Shown here: one piece after another, positions 39,161 through 48,674 of the stretch
How the letters are laid out: the number at the start of each line of letters is the position of its first letter
Position numbering within the stretch: the stretch's first letter is position 1
Source: Bacteroidales bacterium
GTDB taxonomy: Bacteria; Bacteroidota; Bacteroidia; Bacteroidales; WCHB1-69
Direction of reading: 5' to 3'
Assembly (NCBI GenBank): GCA_031253655.1
Contig: JAIRVY010000148.1
Location: 2,121-66,120, forward strand
Length of the DNA stretch: 64,000 nt
Notes under the pieces: model-generated
Databases searched by the model: none
What the model saw: only the letters and a program-made list of their open reading frames with translations
Told to the model about the DNA's origin: nothing
Position numbers and translations under genes: made by a program

Positions 39161-42100
39161 AAAAACATCTATCCATTTTTATTGCCATTGTATTTTGTAC
39201 CACAACTTTATGGGCGCAAACTTGGGTGGGGCTTACAGACACTGTGCCTGCCGAACCGGAAATCACACTTATTAATTCCACAAACCAACAGGTAAGTTTC
39301 ACAGTGGAGTTGTCGGGTTTTTATGCCACTTCTACTACCGAAAAAGGGATTACCTACCAGCGCCTTTCCATTCCGGGTTGTGGAGTGGCTGGAGAGGTGG
39401 GCACACCCGAAATGCCGATAATAACCCAACGAATTGCCATTCCCAAATGCAGCGGGGTAAACTATTCGGTGCAGATTACCGCTAGCCAAACACTGCAGGG
39501 ATACAGGGTATATCCTGTTCCCGAACATGAAACCGACTCTTCCGGCAGGCTCTCTGAGGTGTTTGCTATAAATGAGTTGGCATATCAAACCAACGCCTTT
39601 ACGCCGGTGGAGAGTTATGCCGTACTGGAAAGCGGCGCGTTGCGCAACCAACATTTTGTACAGTTAGAACTGCATCCCCTGAAATTTAATCCTGTAACGG
39701 GTCAGTTGCAGGTGGCTACCCAAATGAGTATTACTTTATCTTTTGTGAATCCTACCACAAGCGTAAATGTAAATACCGGTATCTTTAACAATGTAGCCAC
39801 GAACACTTTTTTAAACTATCAAGACCAAGGGATTAAAGCCTCTATTAATGACAGGGCTTTTGAAAAAGCAGGATTCACGCATGGGAGTGTTGATTGGATA
39901 AGAATTAATAATCCGTCAGATGTAGAAAACATTGTAGCGGACTATTTAATAATTTGTGCTGATGCATTTTTTCCGGAGGACGCTCCTAACGAAGAAATTT
40001 TACGTATTGCCCACCATAGAGCCACCTATAATGGTTTTGATGTAATGATACTTAATGTGGAGGATATTCTTAATGAAAAAGTTGGTTTTTACTATGAGCC
40101 TCAATCTGCAAATCCCGCAGTAAAGAATGCCCGGCGTATTCGCACGTGCATTCGTATGATTTACGAAGGGCAAAACGCCCAACACACCTACGATGGGCAT
40201 TTGGGCTACGTGCTGCTGGTAGGAGATGTGGATGCGGACAATACAGGAATGCCGAGTTCGAGTGCAACAGAAGGTACTGATTATTACTTTTCCTGTATTA
40301 CAAAAAATGAATATGGGATTTATGATAATGTGGGGGATTTGTATGTTGGTCGCTTTTGTGTGCCCAATAACATTTTGCCCAACGATGGTTTGCAAAAACT
40401 CTACAATATGGTAGAGAAAACCATCTTTTTTGAATCGGAAGCCAGTTTTGGCGGGTGGAGAAATAATGTCTTGTCGGGAAACGGAGACCCACCGCCCTGG
40501 GCTCTTTATTATAATTGGCTGCAAAATGAGTACATGCCATCCATAATTCACACTCAAAATTTGAAGGTTGTAAACTATTATGATGGTTACCAACAACAAC
40601 CGGTAGAAGTTTTCCGGCAAGATGTTTTGGATTTATTTAATTTTGGTGGTTCTTATCTGGGCTTTCACACACACGGCTACCCTGATGCATGGAATATGGG
40701 GCTAACCACAGATTATATATTACCCCGTCTCAATAATACTCATAAAACCCCTTTATGCGTTTCCACTGCCTGTTGGGTGGGCAAAATAGAAGAAGACTGT
40801 TTGGCAGAGCGTCTTACTCATACTTTTCCGGATAAAGGTTTTGTTGCTATGGTGGGCTCTGCTATACTTGTTATACAACCACCTCAAGAATACGGTAAAT
40901 ATTATGACATTGCAGATCTTTTTCCAAATGCCATTTATCAAAACCTATCACACATTGTGGGCGAAGCCTATTTAGAGTCAAAATTAAAGGTTTCCTCAAC
41001 AAATGGTTTTCATATTTTCGGTGACCCTGCCCTCAATATTATGGCTGATGGTTTTGAAGTTACGCACGATATAACAGTAGATTCGCTTACCGATATTTCA
41101 AGCAGAGTGCGGGTGCGCAACGGCGCTACCTTAACCTTTACCGCAAATGCAGTTGTAAATTTTCATACATACGGTCAATTGATTATTGAACATGATGGAG
41201 CACTGCAAATTGAAAACCACGCGCAATTTAACGGAAATTTTGCCGGTAATGAGCCGCTTATCCACATTAAAGGCGGAGAATTTATTGTGGGAGAGGATGT
41301 GGTGTTTCAGGATTTACACGGGGGGATTTTGTTGGAAAATTATAAAGGTAAAGAAGAAAATATTATTTATGATGATAACAAACAGTACTATTTAGAACAT
41401 ATTACCTTTAATAACTCGCCACTTATGCATCAGGGGACGAGACTACATGTTGAAAATTGCACCTTTAATCCCGGAAGTAATGTAAAATCTGATATAGGAA
41501 CTTGTAGAATTTATTATTGTAATTTTATTAATACTGTGATTTTGGCAAATCACTCTTTAGTATCAACAATTTCTGAAAATGTGAACGAAAAGCCTTTAAA
41601 TATAGGACAAATTGTAGTTGGTGGCTCTCAGTTTATCGGAACTAATAATAATACTGCATTAAAACTGATTTCTACCAACGAGCATGAGATACATGGTAAT
41701 ACAATTTCTGGGTATGAAACTGGTATTTCGTTAACCAATAGCGGAAATACCACACATCTAACAAATAATACCTTCGTTGGAAATGACATCTCGAATTGTT
41801 ATACGGGCTTTGAATTATTCAATTCACGTTCAATTATTGCAAGGAATAATATTCATAATAATGTTCACGGAGTAAAACTTTTTAACAACAGTTATACCGT
41901 ATTTGGATGGGGACAAAGTGAGCCGCATATTATTCAAAATTGCGATTCTATAGAACTATATGCTTCCGAAAACTCTTTCCCAACCTATTTTCGGTACAAT
42001 AAAATTTCTGATGTAAACAATCAAGGTTACTCTAAGGATATTCCTCTGTTTTGGTGGGACGTGGACTATCCAAACCCGGATAAAAGAGATGTTACTTATA

Positions 42101-43026
42101 ATTGTTGGGGAAATAATTTCGTACCTCAATATCATCTTTATCCTTCAGTTCTTGAATGGGACCCAGTTTGGGATTGTAGTAGTATATCCGGTTCGCCCAA
42201 ACAAGGCGATGACGAAGACCTTTACTTTGCCGCATTAGATTATTTCGCCAATGATGAATACGCCAACGCCGAAGCCACATTTAAAGAACTCATCCAAACC
42301 TATCCTCATAGCCGCTTTGCTATTGCTGCACTGCACGAACTGTTTGCATTAGAGCACTATACAAACCGCGACTTTTACAGTTTAAACAGTTATTATATTA
42401 CTTTTACACCAACTGACAGTAACTTGTTTAACACGGCAGATTTTTTGGCAACGCGCTGTATGGTAAAAGAGCGCGACTGGCAACCCGCAGTGGACTGGTA
42501 CGAAAATCGCATTGAAAACCCGCCCAGCTACCAAGACAGCGTGTTCGCCGTAATAGATTTGGGAGATATTCACTTAATGATGGAAGCAGACACCCTTTCA
42601 GGCGGTAAATCGGGGCACTACTGTCACTATCGTCTACCGAACATAAAACCCAAAAACAGAACGCACTACGAAGAAAACAAATCTTCTTTGTTGGCAACAC
42701 TGCCGCAAATAAAGAAACCAAAGACCGAAACTCCGCAAACCGACTACCGCTCATCGCACACCGCAAAGGGCGCGTTAGGAGAGTGTGTTCCTAATCCTAC
42801 AAGTGGAGATGCAACTATTTCTTATGAAATTTTTACCGGCGGGGTCGTAGAGATTCAATTTTTCAACAGTATGGGACAATTGGTGAAAAGTTTACCGCAG
42901 GGAAATTTATCAAAAGGAGATTACAGGGCAACAATCTCCGTTGTGGAAATGCCTGTGGGCGTTTATCATTATACTCTTGTGGTAATTGGGGAAAGAGTGG
43001 ATAGTAAAAAGATGGTAGTGAATTAA
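39157..43026 (+). CDS. C25 (gingipain-like) cysteine peptidase with beta-helix repeats, TPR-like segment and T9SS C-terminal domain
   Basis: Gingipain-propeptide-like N-domain, YVLLVGDVD, candidate catalytic GFHTHGYPDAW (His) and VSTACWVG (Cys), parallel beta-helix-like repeats, T9SS tail ECVPNPTSGDATISY...GVYHYTLV. ATGA overlap with the upstream LRR gene. Confidence 0.75.
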   Translation: MKKHLSIFIAIVFCTTTLWAQTWVGLTDTVPAEPEITLINSTNQQVSFTVELSGFYATSTTEKGITYQRLSIPGCGVAGEVGTPEMPIITQRIAIPKCSGVNYSVQITASQTLQGYRVYPVPEHETDSSGRLSEVFAINELAYQTNAFTPVESYAVLESGALRNQHFVQLELHPLKFNPVTGQLQVATQMSITLSFVNPTTSVNVNTGIFNNVATNTFLNYQDQGIKASINDRAFEKAGFTHGSVDWIRINNPSDVENIVADYLIICADAFFPEDAPNEEILRIAHHRATYNGFDVMILNVEDILNEKVGFYYEPQSANPAVKNARRIRTCIRMIYEGQNAQHTYDGHLGYVLLVGDVDADNTGMPSSSATEGTDYYFSCITKNEYGIYDNVGDLYVGRFCVPNNILPNDGLQKLYNMVEKTIFFESEASFGGWRNNVLSGNGDPPPWALYYNWLQNEYMPSIIHTQNLKVVNYYDGYQQQPVEVFRQDVLDLFNFGGSYLGFHTHGYPDAWNMGLTTDYILPRLNNTHKTPLCVSTACWVGKIEEDCLAERLTHTFPDKGFVAMVGSAILVIQPPQEYGKYYDIADLFPNAIYQNLSHIVGEAYLESKLKVSSTNGFHIFGDPALNIMADGFEVTHDITVDSLTDISSRVRVRNGATLTFTANAVVNFHTYGQLIIEHDGALQIENHAQFNGNFAGNEPLIHIKGGEFIVGEDVVFQDLHGGILLENYKGKEENIIYDDNKQYYLEHITFNNSPLMHQGTRLHVENCTFNPGSNVKSDIGTCRIYYCNFINTVILANHSLVSTISENVNEKPLNIGQIVVGGSQFIGTNNNTALKLISTNEHEIHGNTISGYETGISLTNSGNTTHLTNNTFVGNDISNCYTGFELFNSRSIIARNNIHNNVHGVKLFNNSYTVFGWGQSEPHIIQNCDSIELYASENSFPTYFRYNKISDVNNQGYSKDIPLFWWDVDYPNPDKRDVTYNCWGNNFVPQYHLYPSVLEWDPVWDCSSISGSPKQGDDEDLYFAALDYFANDEYANAEATFKELIQTYPHSRFAIAALHELFALEHYTNRDFYSLNSYYITFTPTDSNLFNTADFLATRCMVKERDWQPAVDWYENRIENPPSYQDSVFAVIDLGDIHLMMEADTLSGGKSGHYCHYRLPNIKPKNRTHYEENKSSLLATLPQIKKPKTETPQTDYRSSHTAKGALGECVPNPTSGDATISYEIFTGGVVEIQFFNSMGQLVKSLPQGNLSKGDYRATISVVEMPVGVYHYTLVVIGERVDSKKMVVN

Positions 43027-43056
43027 TTATTTTTTTCTCCCCCAATAAAAAACATT

Positions 43057-44325
43057 ATGCTCCACCTACAAACACTGCGTGAAAACCCCGAATTAGTTGT
43101 TGAAAAACTTTCCGTAAAGAATTTTGATGCCCTACGAATCGTAGAAGATATTCTTGTTTTAGATGTTGAAATAAGAACACTAAAAAAATTGTTGGATGAT
43201 AATTTAATGTTGCAAAACAAACTTTCTAAAGATATTGGATTGTTGTTCAAAAACGGAAAAACTGATGAAGCAAATCGCTTTAAGGAAGAGATTCTCCTTT
43301 TGAAAAATGAGGAAAAAGAGAGACTTGAATCCCTGCTGTTAAAAGAAAACGCAGTTCACGAATTGCTTGTTTTACTGCCAAACCTCCCACATCATAGCGT
43401 TCCGTCAGGAAAAACTGCCGATGATAACGAAATTGTTTTTTCCGAAGGCGATGCCACCTCCCTTGAAAATGCTTTATGCCACTGGGATTTAGTTAAAAAG
43501 TTTGATATTATTGATTTTGACTTAGGTACAAAAATCACCGGCGCAGGATTTCCTGTGTATAAAGGAAAAGGAGCACGTTTGCAACGGGCATTGATTAACT
43601 TTTTTTTAGATTCTGCCGTAAATAATCATTACACCGAAATACAACCTCCTTACTTCGTGAATAAAGGTTCGGCATATGCTACCGGACAACTTCCCGATAA
43701 AGACGGTCAAATGTACTACATTTCTTTGGATGATTTCTATATAATACCCACGGCGGAAGTCCCTGTTACTAACATTTACAGAGATATGATTCTCAAGGAA
43801 TCCGATTTTCCGGTTAAACTTTGTGCATATTCTGCTTGTTTTCGCCGAGAAGCCGGCTCTTACGGAAAAGATGTACGCGGGTTGAATCGCTTGCATCAAT
43901 TCGATAAAGTGGAAATTGTACAAATTCAACATCCGGAAAAATCGTATCAAGCATTGGAAGAGATGATAAGTTATGTAACTTCTCTTATACAACAATTGGA
44001 ACTTCCTTTTAGAATTGTGAAACTCTGTGGAGGCGATATGAGTTTTACCTCTGCCTTAACCTACGACTTTGAGGTGTTTTCCAAAGCGCAGCAACGCTGG
44101 TTGGAAGTAAGTTCTGTTTCCAACTTTGAAGCATTTCAGAGCAACAGAATGAAACTTCGTTTTAAGGATGAAAACGGAAAAACAAGATTAGCTCACACCC
44201 TCAACGGCAGCGCATTAGCATTGCCCCGCATTTTGGCCGCTTTGTTGGAAAACAACCAATCCGCTGCCGGAATTGTCATCCCCAAAGCACTGCAAAACTA
44301 CACCGGGTTTAAAATAATTGATTAA
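43057..44325 (+). CDS. serS: Serine--tRNA ligase
   Basis: N-terminal coiled coil; class II motifs FRREAGSYGKDVRGLNRLHQFDKVE and GSALALPRILAALLEN. Confidence 0.95.
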   Translation: MLHLQTLRENPELVVEKLSVKNFDALRIVEDILVLDVEIRTLKKLLDDNLMLQNKLSKDIGLLFKNGKTDEANRFKEEILLLKNEEKERLESLLLKENAVHELLVLLPNLPHHSVPSGKTADDNEIVFSEGDATSLENALCHWDLVKKFDIIDFDLGTKITGAGFPVYKGKGARLQRALINFFLDSAVNNHYTEIQPPYFVNKGSAYATGQLPDKDGQMYYISLDDFYIIPTAEVPVTNIYRDMILKESDFPVKLCAYSACFRREAGSYGKDVRGLNRLHQFDKVEIVQIQHPEKSYQALEEMISYVTSLIQQLELPFRIVKLCGGDMSFTSALTYDFEVFSKAQQRWLEVSSVSNFEAFQSNRMKLRFKDENGKTRLAHTLNGSALALPRILAALLENNQSAAGIVIPKALQNYTGFKIID

Positions 44326-45563
44326 TGCCTAAAAATAAAACTACCTTCAGCATCTTCATCATCGGGGCGCTCTTCCTTGTGTTCGGGTTTGTAACCTGGT
44401 TAAACAGTGTATTGATACCCTTTTTAAAAACCGCCTGCGAGCTCAGCGACACAAAAGCCTCTTTGGTGCCTTTTGCATTCTATTTTTCCTACTTTGTGAT
44501 GGCAATCCCCTCCTCAGCCATCTTAAAAAGAACAGGGTTTACTAATGGAATGGCTTTGGGTTTAATAGTTATGGCAATAGGCTCACTGTTGTTTGTTCCG
44601 GCAGCCATCGAAAGAAATTATTTGTTGTTTTTAGTGGGTCTTTTTACTCAGGGGACAGGTTTGGCACTGTTACAAACTGCTACTAATCCGTACGTTACGA
44701 TTGTTGGACCTATCGAATCCGCAGCGCAGCGCATCAGCATTATGGGAATTTGTAATAAAATTGCCGGAATGATTGGCGTTATGGCACTCTTCACCGCCCT
44801 TTTTTCAAGTACAGAACATCTGTTGGTTAATTTTAACTCCGTTTCCGATGTCGTTTTAAAAGACAAAATATTACAACAACTCTCTAACAGCGTAATTTTT
44901 CCATATTTAATCATAACCACAGTATTAATTGGGTTGGTGTTGTTTATTAAAATGGCAAAACTCCCTGAAATTTATGAGGAAGAAAATGAAGATACAAAAT
45001 CAGAACATAAGTCAATTTTCTCCTATCCCTATTTGTGGTTTGGCGTAGCTGCGATCTTCTTTTATGTAGGCGTTGAGGTAATAGCTATTGACTTTCTGAT
45101 TATTTATGCAAACGAATTACAAATCTCAACGAATATTTCAAGATATTACCCCATTGCCGCTTTGTTCGCTTTGGTAATTGGATACCTTATCGGGATAATA
45201 TTGGTTCCCAAACTGATTTCACAAAGGATTTCATTAATTATTAACGCTTCACTTGGTTTATTACTCGTTATTATTGCTTTGGGTACAAATGGACTAACCT
45301 CTATTTATGCAATTCTTGGGCTTAGTTTTGCACACGCAATAATGTGGCCGGTCATTTGGCCTCTTTCCATTCACAATTTAGGAAAACATACAAAACTCGC
45401 TTCTGCTTTTCTAATTATGGCAATTGCAGGTGGTGCAGTTATGCCTTTGATTTTTGGTAGAATATCAGATATTTTTTGCGTTCAATATGCCTATACAGTG
45501 ATGTTGCCCGCATATCTCTATTTAATCCTGTTTGCCACATACTTATGTAAAATAAAAAAATAA
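44325..45563 (+). CDS. Sugar MFS transporter, FucP/GluP (FHS) family
   Basis: 12-TM protein with the N-terminal FGFVTWLNSVLIPFLK motif typical of glucose/galactose/fucose permeases. Its start overlaps the serS stop (TAATG). Confidence 0.8.
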   Translation: MPKNKTTFSIFIIGALFLVFGFVTWLNSVLIPFLKTACELSDTKASLVPFAFYFSYFVMAIPSSAILKRTGFTNGMALGLIVMAIGSLLFVPAAIERNYLLFLVGLFTQGTGLALLQTATNPYVTIVGPIESAAQRISIMGICNKIAGMIGVMALFTALFSSTEHLLVNFNSVSDVVLKDKILQQLSNSVIFPYLIITTVLIGLVLFIKMAKLPEIYEEENEDTKSEHKSIFSYPYLWFGVAAIFFYVGVEVIAIDFLIIYANELQISTNISRYYPIAALFALVIGYLIGIILVPKLISQRISLIINASLGLLLVIIALGTNGLTSIYAILGLSFAHAIMWPVIWPLSIHNLGKHTKLASAFLIMAIAGGAVMPLIFGRISDIFCVQYAYTVMLPAYLYLILFATYLCKIKK

Positions 45564-45568
45564 GAATT

Positions 45569-47200
45569 ATGAAAAAACTCATTTTCATCCCACTCATTTT
45601 TCTAACTATTTCATTATTTGCGCAAAACGATTTCGAAATTGCTAAAAATGTGGACATTTTTGTTTCTATATTAAAAGAACTGAATGCTAAATATGCCGAC
45701 GAAATTAATTCTACCAACTTGGTTACCAAAGCCATAAACGGAATGTTAGAAAGTTTGGACCCCTATTCTGTCTATTACCCTGAATCGAAAATCGAGGAGT
45801 ATAGATTGATGACTACCGGACAATATGGCGGGATTGGCGCTATAATTCAACAATACGGCAATAACGTTGTGATTTCAGAGCCTTATGAAAATACACCTTC
45901 CCACAAAGCAGGACTACGCGCAGGGGATATTATTCTGAAAATAAACGGACAAAATGTACAGAATAAAAATTCTGAAGAGGTTAGTATCATATTAAAAGGA
46001 CAACCCGGAACAACTTTAAACATTGAAATTGAACGCCCTACGGATAGAAAAAAACATACATTTTTCGTGAAACGAGAAGAGATTAAGTTCCCTCCCGTAC
46101 CTTTTTACGGAATCTTAAAAGATAGAGTGGGATATATAAACCTTAATCAGTTTACTGAAAAAGCAAGTGCTGAGGTAAAAGATGCTTTTATGAAACTGAA
46201 AGAGCAGGGAATGAAATATTTGATTTTGGACTTGAGAAACAACGGCGGTGGCCTCCTTACCGAAGCCGTGAATGTAATGAATCTTTTTGTGGACCAAAAT
46301 GTGAAAATCGCCGAGACAAAAGGGAAAATTAAAGAGCAGAATAATGTTTTCAAAACGCGTAATGCAGTTGTTGACAGGGATATACCTATTGTGGTTCTGA
46401 TAAACGAAACCAGTGCTTCCTCTTCCGAAATTGTGGCCGGCGCAATGCAGGATTTGGATAGAGGAGTGATTGTGGGTAAAAAATCGTTCGGAAAAGGTTT
46501 GGTGCAAAACATTGTGCCATTGAGTTATAACACATCTTTAAAACTCACTGTGTCAAAATATTACATCCCCAGTGGACGCTGTGTGCAAAGTATTGAATAT
46601 TTTAGCAAAGATACTTTGGAGGCTGCCCCGTTGATTCCCGATTCCTTAGCCACACCCTATAAAACAAAAAATGGTAGAACTGTTTACGACAAAGGAGGAG
46701 TGGAACCTGACGTAGTTACCCCTGATTCTATTCCCGGCAATATTCTCTTTGCTTTGGTAGTGAACAACATTATTTTCGATTTCTGTAATCAATATGCTGC
46801 CGACCACGAGGCAATTCCTCCGGCTAAAGAATTTTATCTCTCTGAAAATGAGTTTAATCAGTTTATGAAATTTGCTTTAGGTAAAAACTTTGAGTACAAA
46901 ACAGCTACAGAAGAGTTGTTGAAAGAATTAAAAGAGGTTGCCACCGAAGAAAAATATTTTACCGCAATTGAACCCATTTACAATGAGATTTTTAACAGAA
47001 TTGAGATAGAAAAAAACAACGATATTTACAAATATAAGGAAGAGTTGTCAGAATTTATTGCCAACGAAATCGTGGTCCGTTATTATTATCAAAAAGGAAG
47101 AATTGAACACCAACTCGGAACCGATCCTGATGTAAATACCGCCATTGAAATCCTTTTAAATCCAGCAAAATACAAAGGAATTTTATCAGGAAAGAAATAG
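45569..47200 (+). CDS. S41-family C-terminal processing peptidase
   Basis: PDZ segment (GLRAGDIILKING), NETSASSSEIVAGAMQD (Ser) and GKKSFGKGLVQ (Lys). Confidence 0.85.
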   Translation: MKKLIFIPLIFLTISLFAQNDFEIAKNVDIFVSILKELNAKYADEINSTNLVTKAINGMLESLDPYSVYYPESKIEEYRLMTTGQYGGIGAIIQQYGNNVVISEPYENTPSHKAGLRAGDIILKINGQNVQNKNSEEVSIILKGQPGTTLNIEIERPTDRKKHTFFVKREEIKFPPVPFYGILKDRVGYINLNQFTEKASAEVKDAFMKLKEQGMKYLILDLRNNGGGLLTEAVNVMNLFVDQNVKIAETKGKIKEQNNVFKTRNAVVDRDIPIVVLINETSASSSEIVAGAMQDLDRGVIVGKKSFGKGLVQNIVPLSYNTSLKLTVSKYYIPSGRCVQSIEYFSKDTLEAAPLIPDSLATPYKTKNGRTVYDKGGVEPDVVTPDSIPGNILFALVVNNIIFDFCNQYAADHEAIPPAKEFYLSENEFNQFMKFALGKNFEYKTATEELLKELKEVATEEKYFTAIEPIYNEIFNRIEIEKNNDIYKYKEELSEFIANEIVVRYYYQKGRIEHQLGTDPDVNTAIEILLNPAKYKGILSGKK

Positions 47201-47303
47201 CAGAATCATCAGTTAAATTATTAGAAAAATCTTTTCTTTTCGCCGCTGTTATTAATCATCATTTTCTATGAAATATTACAAAATTTTAGGATTATTGTTA
47301 TCG

Positions 47304-47712
47304 TTTCCTGACTTCGTCAATGCGTAAACCAAAAATTTTCATCAAAAAGGATTTCAATTCGCTTATGGCGTTTCATAATCATTGTTCTTGATAAAATTTG
47401 GTTATTGAGAAGCATCTTAATTTTGATTGTTGTAATGGTTCTTGCCATATTCAAAACTTTATCCACACTCATATTAATGTGGGATGGTATGCTGTATAAA
47501 TCTGTTCAACTGCCAACTCGGTATTTGTTAAATAGCCCTTCAAGCCATCCCATTGCGCGTCTTAATGATCTGTTTATTTTCTTCTTTACAAACATGAAGC
47601 GAAAATAGTAATAAGAGCTTGTGTACCCCAAAACAGTGTACGCAAAAAGTATAATACACAAATTGTTAATTAGTTATAATTCTGGTTTCTATTGAGTGAC
47701 GAAGTCAGGAAA
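47304..47712. repeat. Perfect 16-bp inverted repeat pair flanking 377 bp of non-coding or decayed sequence
   Basis: TTTCCTGACTTCGTCA at 47304-47319 and its exact reverse complement TGACGAAGTCAGGAAA at 47697-47712. Confidence 0.7.
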
Positions 47713-47715
47713 AAT

Positions 47716-48018
47716 CTACTTCTTGACTAAACCCAGTAACAAATCTCTTTTGTTGGGTGAAACTTCAAAAATAACTGATATTTTTTCAGTATTATCAATG
47801 GTAGAAGCATCCACATATTTTTTTGGGTATGTGAATAAATATACAATATCAACATTTAAAGTTTCTGCGATTTTCGCAAGATGGTTTACTTTTAATTGCT
47901 GCTTTCCGTTCTCAATTTTATTCCAATTTGATGCATCACAATTAATAGCAAAGGCTATATTTTCTTGACTTACACCCTTTTCCTTTCTTATTTTTACGAT
48001 GTTATCAATTACATTCAT
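47716..48018 (-). CDS. XRE-family helix-turn-helix regulator (start moved to ATG 48018)
   Basis: MNVIDNIVKIRKEKGVSQENIAFAINCDASNWNKIENGKQQLKVNHLAKIAETLNV is a canonical HTH_3 pattern. Confidence 0.7.
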   Translation of the reverse strand: MNVIDNIVKIRKEKGVSQENIAFAINCDASNWNKIENGKQQLKVNHLAKIAETLNVDIVYLFTYPKKYVDASTIDNTEKISVIFEVSPNKRDLLLGLVKK

Positions 48019-48116
48019 AGTTACAAATTTAATCAATTGATTTATACAAATTTGTGAGTATTTATATAAATTATATGATTTATTGGAATGTTTTATATGA
48101 GTTTTACTCATTTATA

Positions 48117-48124
48117 TATTTTTG
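48117..48124 (+). promoter_or_regulatory. Candidate Bacteroidota -7 promoter box (TAnnTTTG)
   Basis: TATTTTTG, 52 nt upstream of ATG 48177. No clear -33 TTTG seen. Confidence 0.3.
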
Positions 48125-48176
48125 CAGTAAGAAATTTGTATCAATTACAGTTATTCATTTATCAATTCAAATCATT

Positions 48177-48641
48177 ATGAAACAAACTCTTACCCTTTTA
48201 TTATGGCTTTGCCTACCGTTTCTTAGCTTAGCCCAAAATCCACTAACTCGCGTGTACGAGTACGATGCAGCAGGCAATCGTGTTGTGCGAAAATTAATTA
48301 CATTAAAGGTACCCTCTACGCCGGCGGAAGATTCGGTGGAAGTTACAAGTGACGAGTTACTAGTTACGAGTTACATTTATTTTGTTGAAAAACTTGCCCA
48401 ACTTGAAATGAAAATCAACCCCAACCCATCTACTGAAAAGATTACGCTTTCTATTATCAATATGAATAAATTGCAAAGCGGACTACTGCAATTGTACTCT
48501 ATGAATGGACAGTTGCTTCAAACCCAACCCATCCATTCTGCTACAAGTGAAATTTCATTGGTAGGCTTTGTCACAGGCTCATATATCTTAAAAGTACAAA
48601 TAAATGATACCATCGAAAATTGGAAAATTATTAAACAATAA
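48177..48641 (+). CDS. Small secreted protein: YD-repeat fragment plus T9SS C-terminal domain
   Basis: Signal peptide (LSLAQ), YEYDAAGNRVVRK (YD/RHS repeat), heptamer-encoded linker, then KINPNPSTEKITLSI...YSMNGQLL...GSYILKVQ...KIIKQ. Confidence 0.6.
   Translation: MKQTLTLLLWLCLPFLSLAQNPLTRVYEYDAAGNRVVRKLITLKVPSTPAEDSVEVTSDELLVTSYIYFVEKLAQLEMKINPNPSTEKITLSIINMNKLQSGLLQLYSMNGQLLQTQPIHSATSEISLVGFVTGSYILKVQINDTIENWKIIKQ
48341..48375. repeat. Heptamer tandem array AGTTACN x5
   Basis: agttaca agtgacg agttact agttacg agttaca, encoding VTSDELLVTSY between the YD fragment and the T9SS tail. Confidence 0.85.
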
Positions 48642-48674
48642 CAAATAATCTTTACCACAAAGAACACAAACATT

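Noticed and set aside
40000-40620. A 206-aa ORF on the - strand, with neighbours at 39208..39654 and 40298..40540, inside the C25 peptidase gene.
   Set aside because: These ORFs are fully nested antisense to a CDS with strong domain support. Their translations are low-complexity and Arg/His/Cys-rich with no recognisable motifs. They are the kind of shadow ORF expected in a locally GC-richer stretch.
39157-43026. Compositional mosaic of the C25 gene as evidence of horizontal transfer. Hand counts of single 60-nt lines: 27/60 and 28/60 G+C at 39181 and 39421; 17/60, 23/60 and 22/60 at 41461, 41581 and 41701; 28/60 at 42421.
   Set aside because: Core genes in the same window reach similar or higher values (34/60 at 12481-12540 in ileS), and other accessory genes are as low as 16/60 (37441-37500). 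The variation is therefore within the normal range here. A few hand-counted lines cannot support an HGT claim.
47405-47968. The + strand ORFs 47405..47608 (67 aa) and 47696..47968 (90 aa).
   Set aside because: The first lies in the decayed segment between the inverted repeats and has no motifs. The second is antisense to the well-supported XRE HTH gene.
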